Below, one piece after another: positions 11,883 through 22,624 of a DNA stretch of 64,000 nt. Position numbers and translations under genes: made by a program. Below the pieces are notes generated by a model that made no database searches, was not told the origin of the DNA, and saw only the letters and a list, made by a program, of their open reading frames with translations. This stretch comes from Azolla caroliniana (taxonomy: Eukaryota > Plantae > Polypodiophyta). The stretch is taken from NCBI GenBank assembly GCA_043228905.1, contig JBHGNT010000005.1, positions 21,824,001 through 21,888,000 of the forward strand. Reading direction: 5' to 3'. Positions within the stretch are counted from its first letter, which is position 1; each line of letters begins with the position of its first letter.

Positions 11883-13883
11883 ATGGCTTTGGGCTTATCT
11901 TTAGGTCTCCAGGAAGGATCTCCACAATACTACGTCTTTGTTTCTTTGTCTGTGGTAGGAGCCATCTCCATTCTTGGGTCTTTTGCCCGCCTCCTCGGCT
12001 GGCTATGGCGCCACTTCCTCCGTCCTGCGAAAAGCTTATCTCGCTATGGCTCATGGGCCCTCGTCACGGGATGCACTGATGGTATCGGGAAAGCTTATGC
12101 ACTCCTCCTAGCGAAGCGCCGCATTAACCTTATTCTTGTCGGTCGATCCAAAGAGAAGCTGGAAACCCTAGTCTCTGAGATCAAAGATAGGTCCGGCGAT
12201 GTCAAAGTGAAGACAGTTGTGTTGGATTTTACCAATCCAGACCTCGAGACAGGGCTCTTGACCATCAAACAATTGGCATCAGAGCTTGATGTGGGTATAC
12301 TTATCAATAGTGCGGGTCTTTCGTACCCTTATGCGCGTTTCTTCCACGAGGTGGACGAGGAGCTTACCAAGAACCTTTTGAGGATGAATGTAGAGGCTAT
12401 AATTCGTATGGTTCAGATTGTGTTGCCTGGTATGATCGAGCGGAAACGTGGAGCCATTATCAATATCGGGTCCGGTGCTTCTTCCATCCTACCTTCAGAA
12501 CCACTCTATGCCCTCTATGCTGCTACCAAAGGGTATGTATTTCCACCCACATCCTTTTAATTTGGGTTATATGCATGTCCATTTTGCATCCTTTTTATCC
12601 ATCTTTTCTTTGTTATGAATGTCCATTTGCATCCTTTTTATTTATTTATGTATGTCCATTTAGATCCTTAATTGATAATTGTGGTATTATTTATGTTGAT
12701 ACCCATCTCTGTTTTTGTTATATATGACCATTACAATTATTCTTTTGTTATGTATCCATCCTTATATTTTTGGCATGTGTGTCAATATCTATCCTCATTT
12801 CATCTTGTTGTGCGTGTCCAAATGGTACATCTCTTTTTGTCATGCATGTGTGTATGTCTATATGTATCTATTTCTCTTTAATGCATGTTGATGCCCATCC
12901 TTCATTTATTTAGTCATTAACGTATTTGATGTCAAATTAGTGACTCATTAATGTTTTCTATGGTGGTTTGACCTAACTATAATGTTTTATGATTCAATTT
13001 CTGTATATCGCATGATTGGTATCCATAGTTCTTGTATCAAATACATGATAGCCTAGAACTACTTGTCACACCCTGGAATACTGTGATGAGAATATGCATA
13101 AGACTGTATCGACATGCATACATTTGAGCCATTCATATTCACAATTTTTGTACCAAATATGCTTATCTATCACAAGTGTGAATCATGTAATGAAAATATG
13201 TACAAGAATGTATCAACATGCATGAATCTATAATTCTATATGTGTGTGTATGCATCAGCATATGTACATGCATTTGGACCAAATACATACATGCATTATA
13301 TATATAAATATACTCAATGCTTCTTTGAACCAAATACGTTCTAGCTTAAGTCTATTTGTGACAACATTGATATGCATAAGAATGTGAAGGGCTTATGTGT
13401 TGAATCATTATAATGACTTGTATTTTTGTTTTCGAAAGGTTTGTCGAGAAATTCTCAAGGAACTTATATGTGGAATACAAAAACAAAGGAATTGATGTGC
13501 AGTGCCAGGTACTTATGTTCAACAGAAATCTTTTAAGATAGTTAATTGGAATGGGTTTTGCAACAAGTCCCAATTTTTATTAATTTGGAAAACACTTTCT
13601 TTTGCTATGTTATACACTTGATCAGGCACCATTGTATGTGGCAACTAAACTAGCATCCATAAGAAAATCATCATTCTTTTGTCCTTCGCCGGGAGGGTAT
13701 GCCCGTAGTGGGATAAGATGGATCGGTTACGAGCCAGTTTGCACACCTTATTGGCCACATTCAGTTATATGGAAGGTGATTAGTGAACTTCCAACATCTG
13801 TCTTTGATTCGGTTCGTATGAAGTTATGTCTCGCAATTCGCGCAAAGGGTAAAGCGAAGGATGCAAGAAAAAAGGATCAGTGA
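11883..13883 (+). CDS. KCR1: Very-long-chain 3-oxoacyl-CoA reductase (KCR1-like SDR), 3 exons, 325 aa
   Basis: Exons 11883-12532, 13439-13508, 13626-13883, all GT-AG and phase-compatible. N-terminal TM segment, TGCTDGIG Rossmann motif, YAATK catalytic motif, GIDVQCQ-APLYVATK and CTPYWPH typical of plant KCR. Confidence 0.93.
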
Positions 13884-15045
13884 AAGTAGGACGATTTAAC
13901 TTCTCTCGTATGATGTGGTCATTTGTTTGTTCGTTGATCTTTATGAGCATAGGGTATTTTAGTTGAACTCCAATAGGTAATAATAATTGCATAAGAGTGA
14001 GGCTAAGATGAGGGTTTGGGAAGTTTTTAACTGTGATGGAGGAGCCTAATGGTAAACAGGCGAGATGTGATGATTGGTTAAGCTGTTGATTACGCATTTC
14101 ACAATGTTTGGTATGCTCCTTGGACATTGTGACCTTTTCTCTTGAATTGGAGTTTTGGATATGTTTTTCATGTTTCCAGACTGTCAAATTCCTTCCAGCA
14201 TGTTCTTCTTGGGTGTGGTACATAATCAGTTTGAATCGAAATGTCTAAACTGTGTAACATTGCTAATTGGGTAGTATCAAATGCAATATGTCTTTTGTTT
14301 TGAAAATATTTAGTATAAAGTGGGAATGTGTACTGACAAAAGCAACAAAATGTAAAATTGAAGGTTCTCTATTATGATGTATTTTCTATTATCTCTGAGG
14401 GAATGAACTTGTGCTGGAAGTAGTCTTGTTTTAAGGTTAGGGAATCTAATCACAACCTCAGTTGAGCAAAGTTGACATGTGTCCAAGGTCCCATCCACAT
14501 GCAGTCAATTAGTGTGAAACTGAGAAGAATAGCTGTGTGCTTTTGTTACATTATGATCATTGATATATCAAGGGTTTGTTTGCTTAGCATGATTTCTGAT
14601 TGTTGACGGAAATTCGACCATCGGTTAGGAAGTCTCGACAAATGCATTTAGATATTTTTGGTAGCTATTCTCCATGCAATAGTGACCTTGTTCAGCTCTT
14701 GGTTCTTCCTAGATGTCCAATCCTTTTACTTTGTTGGGTATTTCTTAGGGATCGGCAACGGCTCGGCTCAAGCCTAAACCGTTTGGCTTAGCCGGCTTGA
14801 AAACGGCTTAGCGGCTCGGCTCGGCTCGGTTTATGCTTGAACTTGCCTTAACGGTTTGAGCTCGACTCGGCTTGGCTTGAGCCTTGCCAAACCGGCTCAA
14901 GCCGGATAAACCGTTTAAGCCGTTTATAAACTTTAGAGAGGGGGAGAGAGACAATAGACAAGGGGAAAGAGAGAGAGAGAGAGAGTGAGGGAGGGAGAAC
15001 TACATAGATGAGGAGAGAGAGACAGAGGGAGGGAGACAACATATA

Positions 15046-15089
<44 letters not shown>

Positions 15090-15317
15090 ACACAGAGAGG
15101 AGAGAGAGAAAGAAAGAAAGAAAGAAAGAAAGATGTATTAACGTCTTCTAAGGCCAAATTTGGCCCATGAGACAATTGGTTTACAACAATAGAGTATTTA
15201 TCCAGTCATCATAACTAAAAATAAAATTAAGTAAAAAAAATAGAACTTAAACTAAAAGAGTTCTAGTAGTGTACAATATGTAGTATACTCGAAAGTGACT
15301 ATACACTAAGCCTAATT

Positions 15318-18300
15318 TTATTTCCACCCAAGCCTCTCGAAAAGAAGTGGGGGGTCAAAGGGTCTTGATGTGGGTTCCAATGTAGAGAGTGCCCTAGCCA
15401 TGGCTTCTAGGCGGTGTAGCTCATGTTCCCTTATTTTCAATATTGCTTCCACATCACGTTGAGTTGTTTTGAAACTCGGCACCCGAGGACGTCTGGTTCT
15501 TCTCTGGTTTTCTGCCTCATCAATGGAAAGGTCGAGTGGTGCAAGTGTGTCGGCATTCGTTGTCTCCTCAGGTTCCTGAAAAACTGCATTTGTTACATGT
15601 TCGTGATCATTAGCAACATTATTGTCAACATTTTGTAATTTATTCTCTCTGTGTTGTTTTAGCTCTAGAATGTATTTGCCTAATTTCTTTATATCTAGAG
15701 TATCTAATAGTTTGGGGAGGGTGGGAAACGGACCAAGTATGTCTTGGTATTTTGCCCTTATCTCAGCATAGGTTGGACACTTGCATGTAAAGTGGTACTC
15801 ATCCTCTATCTCTATGTGACATAACCTACATATCCTTTCCTCCCTAGGGACTCCACTAGTACGACCATTTTCAATCTCAAGTTGGTGAGACGATATTCTA
15901 AGTTGTCCGATGGCAACCCTTAGTGCATGTGGTAAGAATACATCTAGATATTTTGGCCGTGTGATAAAACCTAACTCAGAGAAGTGCATGAAGTGTTTCT
16001 TATAGTACGACATTTTAGATGGGAGTGGCTCTAGTGGGGTGATCCATTTACACCGAGTGTAAATTTGCCATATTTCTTGGCGTATTACTTTATTGCGGTT
16101 CTCATGAGAGATTAAGGTGTTATCACTCGTGTGGTTGTACCTAAGGGGAGGTAGGTTATTAATGTCTAGACCATTCGCAAGAAGCCAAGTCACCATCATG
16201 CCATACCATGAGCTAGTATAGCCGGACTCATACAATGATCGAGAGGCCTTAAAGGCTTGATGAGATATTCTATCATGTGGTTGGCTATGTATCCTATCAA
16301 TAAAGACTACAAGTTGAAAAAGTGCCTCTACTAGAATTGGGGGTAACGTGAACTCGGCCCTAATAATGTCATGTGGTACAGTCGATTTGCTTCGGAGTTG
16401 GCGTGATAGCATCATCACCAATGGTCTCTCTAATTGCGTCCACATGAAGGATGGTAATCCTGGAGCCCAAACCGCTGATGCATACATGAGGGAGGGGGTC
16501 ACTAATGAGTCAAAGAGCCACCCTTTAGTCCGTGGCTCTTGAAAGTGTGCTTGGTGGCATTGTCTCTCTAGGAGTGAGAGGGATGCATGTCCTCTCGTGA
16601 GTCTATCCTTCGCTGCTTGTGTCATCGAAAATTTACCTGAGCGGGCACTAAAAGTGACTCCGAGATATACGTACGATCCAACCACCTCGATTGGGCTATG
16701 GGAGATAGTTAGGTGACACTTAGCTCTAACTTGGGCCGATGTGTGGAAGATAAGGACTTTCGTTTTCCCTAGATTCACTACCAATCCTCGTTGTACACAA
16801 AAGTCATCTAAGGCATTGAGGTGCCTCTGTAGGTCGTGTTCGGATTCAGAGAGCAAAACTATGTCATCCGCATAGAGCAAGATACGAACCTGCGTATCCC
16901 CAAGGACCACTCCGGTGCCTCCCTCACGAGCAATAAAATCTGTGATCTCATCAATGTAGATCCCAAAAAGCGCCGGTGATAGGGGGCAACCTTGTTTTAC
17001 ACCAATAGTGCTAGTGACACGATTGGATAGGCCACCTGGGCATCGGACACACCCGGACACTTGTTCATATAGTGCGTAGATGGCCCATACTATATCATCT
17101 GGTATTCTCAAGCTTTTAAGTCTATCAGACAACCGATCTCTAGGGACTGTGTCAAAGGCTTTGCGGAAGTCCACAAAACAACAATATAATCTCTTCTTGC
17201 GAGCCCTAGTTTGGTCAATTAGGCATCTAAGTGTGAAGATGTGATCAATAGTGGAGAAGGCTCGTCTAAAGCCAGCTTGTTCAGGTGCACGAAGGTTTAG
17301 GGTCTCCATGTAGTCGCTAAGCTCTGCTTCCATTACTGCACCATATAACTTAGCAAGGGTATGGCCTATCATAATGGTCCTATATGTATTTGGGTCCATG
17401 GGGTCCCCCCCTTTATGTATGGGGGTCACTGTATTCATAGTCCACTGTGGTGGAAAACCCTCCGCAAGGGCACGATTGAAGATTAGAGTTAGCAAGGGAG
17501 CTAGGCACTCTCTCGCATATATAATGTGTTCTGCTCGCAATCCTGTGTGGTCCATGGACTTCCTACGTTGTAATTTCTTTATGACCTTCATGACCCTAGA
17601 GGTCGTGAAAAGTGTCCCCGTGGTAGGCCGGGGTGTGGAAGGCATTGGAAAAGGTGGTTGGTTTGGGATTTGGTAAAGCCTCTCTGTATATGTGTGCCAA
17701 GTTTCGGGATCTTCGATGGGTGTTTGTGGTCTTGGCTCCCGTAGTCTCTTCCATGCCGTGGCGCAATCGCTACTCATGAGCATATGGTAGAGTTCCCAGT
17801 ATTGGGATGCCTCCCACGCTCGTCTCTTACGACGTGTCATCTTACGCATTTCTTTGCGAGCTTGTGTGGAGGTAATACTACCATTGAGTTGCGATACTGT
17901 AAGTTGTCTATGTAGGTCCCTACAATCCTCGTCATACCATTTATTTTGTGGCATTGATCCTGATCTACCTTGATTTGAGTGTTTTGTATATGGGAAACTG
18001 CTAGCTGCTGCGGAGTGAAGGATGTGTGTGAGTCTTGTACTAAGGCTTTCTAACGGTAGAGAGGGATCAATGGAGGGGAGATGGGCCTGAACATGTTGAG
18101 AGTATATGTCAGAGAGCTCATGTGTGAAATGTATTGTGGTGTGATGGCATGGTTGACTAGACTTGGTGACCTTAGAGATATCACATTTTAGCTCGAAGTA
18201 TAAGAAGCTATGGTCTGCGCCAATAGGGCATGGGGCCACTCGGAAGGAGTTAATCAAGTGGGTAGCTGCCAGGCGCCCTATTAGATAGTCAACTGTGCTT

Positions 18301-19055
18301 TCCCCTCCTCCATGTGGGAAACATGTGAGCTCTTCCGAGCCCGGCCACTTAGCTAAACCATTATATATGACCATCTGGTGCCGACTGCCAAGTTCGAGCA
18401 GATGATGGCCAAAGCTCGTGGCGTCCGCACCTTGATCCTTTGATCTACGTGTGGTGCCTATGTCTAAAGGATCAACATTTACCATTTCTAGGTTTCTATT
18501 CATCTGAAATACGGTGCATTGTCGGGATTGGGTTCTCGCATTGAAGTCTCCTACAAGAAATACTTCTCCTTGGGAAGAATATCGGATTATGTCATCCGAT
18601 AGGGGTTCGTATGGAGAAGGCCCATGTGGCATTCCTTCATCGACTAATCTCGTCAAGCCACTAATATTATAACGGGATCCTTTTGGGGGAAAGTAACAAA
18701 TGGCGAAAAATACTGCATGGTCTTTGCTTGTGGAGACTTTCACCCACATAAAACGAGCTTCTGGGTCTATCTTCATTATTTCTATCCTATTATGTAGCTC
18801 TCTACAAAATAGTATCGCGACACCTCCAGATCCCCTAGTAGTGTGTCGACGTGAGGTTTGTCTAAAAGCGGACTCCCAACGGAATCCTTCGACCCGTGGG
18901 AGTCCTCTATTTGGGCTCTGATGTGTTTCTACCAAGAAAAGTATATCAGATACCTTTAGTATCTCCTCTAGGCGGCCGGGGTGTGCTCAGAGTGCGCCAT
19001 TACAATTCCGTAGGGTCATCCTAAGTGCATTTTCTGTCACATGGGCCACACGCCG
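15318..19055 (-). CDS. LINE ORF2: apurinic endonuclease + reverse transcriptase + C-terminal Zn motif; one in-frame TGA at 18987-18989
   Basis: APE motifs (NCNG, LVETH, GGVAI, GDFNA, VDY, DH), RT motifs (FVDFRKAFD, GVKQGCPLSP, LYADD) and C-terminal LRISSHQLEIENGR..CRLC..EDEYHF..C. Open for 1205+ codons after 18986. Confidence 0.9.
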
Positions 19056-19868
19056 TCAGTTAGTAGTGCGATCATTTATGATCACTCGCCCGTCTCGGTA
19101 AAAGGCGTGATGGCCTTCTTTACGAGCTTGCATAACTCGTGGCATACAACTCTTGCGATGCTCAATTTGCATCTTAGTGAGGTCTTCATCGAGATAGATG
19201 GGGTCCCCATCCATTCCTCGAAGGATTGGTCTCTTCTTAAAGAAAGTGATTCTAGAGTCTAAGTCTTTAAATTGAAGGACTAAGGCTCTCTTCCTAGTTG
19301 TGTCACGCCCGGCCCTCCATGCTTTGGTGATAGGTAGGGCCTCTGTGTACCCTAACATTTTCCCAAGTGTTTGTGCGTCCTCATTTGGGGATGCACCTTC
19401 CTTGAGCCCAATGACACGTACATTTAAGCGTCGGGCCTGACGCATTTTCTCTTCTTCAAGGGTGGTGTTAACAATATTTTCATCTTTTATTTCTTTTTTA
19501 ATGTTTCTTTTAACCACATCTACCCAACCCGTTTTAGCTAACTCTATGTTATTATTAACTTCCTCTTTAACTTTTTTATTTTCGTCCTTTATATCCTCTA
19601 TAGAGGATATTTCACCGTCTTCTCGAGATACCTCGATGTCCTTAAGTTGTTTTTTAAGGTCGATGTTTTCTACTTTAAGTTGTTCTATTTCGGCCTTGAG
19701 GGCGTCTTTTTCCTCTCTATCTTTTTTCTTGTGGGTTTCGGTGTCTTTCACCCATTTTTTCATATCCATCTCTATTTTTGTTAAACGATTAAACATATCT
19801 AAAAAGTCCTCCTTACTTATAGCCTCGTCTTGTATATCCTTAAGTTCCTTAGTCCGTCTAGACGTCAT
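19056..19868 (-). CDS. LINE ORF1 (coiled coil + RRM + CTD type), 270 aa
   Basis: ATG 19868. Heptad-rich charged region, then RRLNVRVIGLKE, RALVLQF, IYLDEDLT and FYRDGRVIIN motifs typical of L1/CR1-type ORF1p. Confidence 0.85.
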   Translation of the reverse strand: MTSRRTKELKDIQDEAISKEDFLDMFNRLTKIEMDMKKWVKDTETHKKKDREEKDALKAEIEQLKVENIDLKKQLKDIEVSREDGEISSIEDIKDENKKVKEEVNNNIELAKTGWVDVVKRNIKKEIKDENIVNTTLEEEKMRQARRLNVRVIGLKEGASPNEDAQTLGKMLGYTEALPITKAWRAGRDTTRKRALVLQFKDLDSRITFFKKRPILRGMDGDPIYLDEDLTKMQIEHRKSCMPRVMQARKEGHHAFYRDGRVIINDRTTN

Positions 19869-20695
19869 TGTAGTGTCAATAAGAAAAAAAAGGTAAAATA
19901 AATGGGTTCGAGACTTAGCCGAGTTTGTGTGTGTGTCGCAATCACATCGGCATTTTGTAGCACGGGACGAGCACACCAAAAGAACCCACCCACGAACAGA
20001 GAGAGAGGAACTACATAGAGGGGGGAGAGAGAGAGAGACTACACAGAGGGAGAGAGAGAGAGAGAGGAACTACATAGAGGGGAGAGAGAGAGAGACTACA
20101 CAGAGGGAGAGAGAGAGAGAGAGGAACTACATAGAGGGGAGAGAGAGAGAGAGAGAGGGAGGGAGAGTCAAGAGTCGAGACCATAGACGTGACAGAGAGA
20201 GAGAGAGAGGAACTACATAGAGGGGAGAGAGAGGGAGGGAGGGAGGGAGAGTCGAGACCATAGACATGAGAGAGAGAGAGAGGAACTACATAGAGGGGAG
20301 AGAGAGGGAGAGGGAGAGAGAGTCGAGACCACAGACGTGAGAGAGAGTGGGAGGGAGAGCTTGTACAATGTATAGTATATAGTATATAGTATATAGTGGA
20401 TCATTTGAGAGAGAGGGAGGTAGGGAGAGAGGGAGAGAGAGGGAGGTTTCTAAACCGGTTTCCAAGCCGGTTTAGAAACCAGTTTACAAGCCGTTTACCA
20501 AACCGGTTCACAAACTGGTTTAGCATAAACCGGTTTAGCCTAAACCGGTTTGTGAACCGGCTCGGCTCAGGTTTGAGATCCTGTAAACGGTTTAGGCTTA
20601 GCCGGTTTGGCTTGATCCAAGCCAAACCGGCTAAGTCTAAACCGAACCGTTGCCGATCCCTAGTATTTCTGTATATTGCTATAATTGCTATGGAA

Positions 20696-20938
20696 ATGTC
20701 AACTTCTACTGTCACTAGATTATTCTTTTGTATTTGTAATGCTTGTGTGAGGTGTCATGCACGTGATGAACAAAAGGTTTTGACGTGTAACTAGTTCAAA
20801 CATTTTTATGAGGGAGAGATGTTAACTTCTATTGTCACTACATTATTCTTTTGTATGTGATGAGTGTATGAGGTGTCATGCACATGATGAACAAAAGGTT
20901 TTAACATGCAACTAGTTTAACCATTTTTATGAGAGAGA
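20696..20938. repeat. Tandem duplication, two ~123-bp diverged copies
   Basis: AACTTCTAYTGTCACTASATTATTCTTTTGTA...GAGGTGTCATGCAC..ATGAACAAAAGGTTTT...CATTTTTATGAG occurs at ~20700 and ~20823. Confidence 0.8.
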
Positions 20939-21759
20939 ATCAAGTTTAGGTACTAAATAAAAGGCTGCTTTTGAGAGTGCTATTGGGTTACTGACATTTT
21001 TCATATCCTAGGCTCTTTTTGGAGTGTTATTGGATGACATGCATTTTCATATTCTATGCTTCTCTTGGCCCAATCTAGTCTCCTAGGTTGGTGACCTATA
21101 TTCTATTTCATAAATTAGGTAAAAAACTCTTGATCTTAATGATTAGGGTAATATGCATCCACTTGCTTTAACTATACCAAGTGCAGACAATTAGCTCATT
21201 CTTGAGTAAATGGGCTTAGCTATGGTCTCATTGATGATTGTAAACAAGCTAATAATGAGCATGGATTTGGCATTATTGGTTCCTTAAGGTATGGTAAAGC
21301 AAACATGTACACAATTGATAATCAAATAAATTTATGGTCACCCAACTCCTAGATGAAGGTCAACAACCTATCTCATGAGTTAATGGTTACATGTTCATGA
21401 CATTTTAAGGAATTTGTTAACGAGACGTGTATAGTGCTTAGTCACCCAATGAGTCAAAACCAATTCACATGCTATGACAAACACTCTGCTCAACATATGT
21501 ATTGTCCCCAAGCTAATTCCCCTATGCTTGACCTCATTGACAAATTTGTGTATGCTATGCATTTATAAGGCTCTTTTTAGGAGTGTCATTGGGGTTTGAA
21601 TCAAAATGTAGTTTCTTACAAAAGCTCTCCATCATCAGATGAATCAAATTGAGGCATCCTACCAAGCTCCAAATCATCCGATTAAGAAGTCTACACTCCT
21701 TCAATCTTCTAATGAGTTGAGCCCTGTTCTCCAACCAAGTTTTTTGTATATCTAATCAT

Positions 21760-22200
21760 GAACATGATCCAAACCCAAGTCTTCTACCAAGTACCATGTA
21801 TACTTGCAAGAAATGCCAAGTACACATCTATATCAATACACTCCTTCAATATTCTGATTGGATTGAGCCCTAGGTCTCCTACCGAGCTTGTTGTAGAGTT
21901 AAATTCTGAACAAAGATCCAAACCCCAAGTCTTGTACCGAGTAACCAAGCATGCGTACATACCATACACCCGAATAAATGGCACAGATCGACACCGAGTT
22001 GGGGCGCATGGAATAAAGATCCAAACCCCAAGTATTGTGCCGAGAAATTAAGCATTCGTACATACCATATATGTATGTACCTAGGAAAACAACACATATT
22101 AGTACTCGACCCGGGGTGCATTGAATAAAGATCCAGACCCGAAGTCTTGTACCTTAATAACCAAGCATGTGTAGAATACCTACCATATACCCAAAAAACC
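21760..22200. repeat. Degenerate tandem repeat (~105-150 bp, 4 copies) upstream of ARP8
   Basis: Recurring core GATCCAAACCC(C)AAGTCTTGTACC..TAACCAAGCATG at ~21766, ~21915, ~22018 and ~22130. Confidence 0.6.
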
Positions 22201-22624
22201 AGGCGAGCATACGTATACGCACACACACAATACGTATACGTAACACGCATACGTATGCATACGAGACACGAGAGACAGGGATAATGTGTATCGGGTTCTT
22301 CGTGAGTACACATAAAATTATGTTATCTTATGTACATGGATGGATAGTACACAGAAGAAAGGCTAGAACAGAGAGAAGGAAGACACACAAAAAATACAGA
22401 GAAAAATAAGACATACAGAGAAGAGATACAGAGAAATAAATACATACAGAGAAGAAGAAGAGATATGTATGTATGTATGTATGTATAGAGAAGAGATACA
22501 GATAAAATACACAGACAGAGAACATACACACAGAGAAGCTACAGAGAGATCGATCGATCGATCTGATCCATGGTCTTCTTGACAGAGATTCCGATCATGC
22601 CTGGATGATCCCTCCATACCATCC

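Larger units (their letters stand above)
15110..19997 (-). mobile_element. Near-intact non-LTR retrotransposon (LINE), RTEX-like
   Basis: Short 5' UTR, ORF1, ORF2 (APE-RT-Zn), ~190-nt 3' UTR ending in (TTTC)n. Flanked by AGAGAGAGA on both sides (15101-15109, 19998-20006; possible TSD within the microsatellite). Confidence 0.92.
14746..20662. mobile_element. Non-autonomous hAT element (MITE, ~1 kb without insert) interrupted by a LINE
   Basis: Perfect 16-bp TIR TAGGGATCGGCAACGG (14746-14761 / 20647-20662). Perfect 8-bp TSD GTATTTCT (14738-14745 / 20663-20670). Dense subterminal AAACCG/CGGTTT/GGCTCGG repeats and an internal GA-rich minisatellite. Confidence 0.95.

Noticed and set aside
20396-20794. 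ORFs with repeated NRF motifs
   Set aside because: They arise from the AAACCGGTTT subterminal repeats of the hAT MITE.
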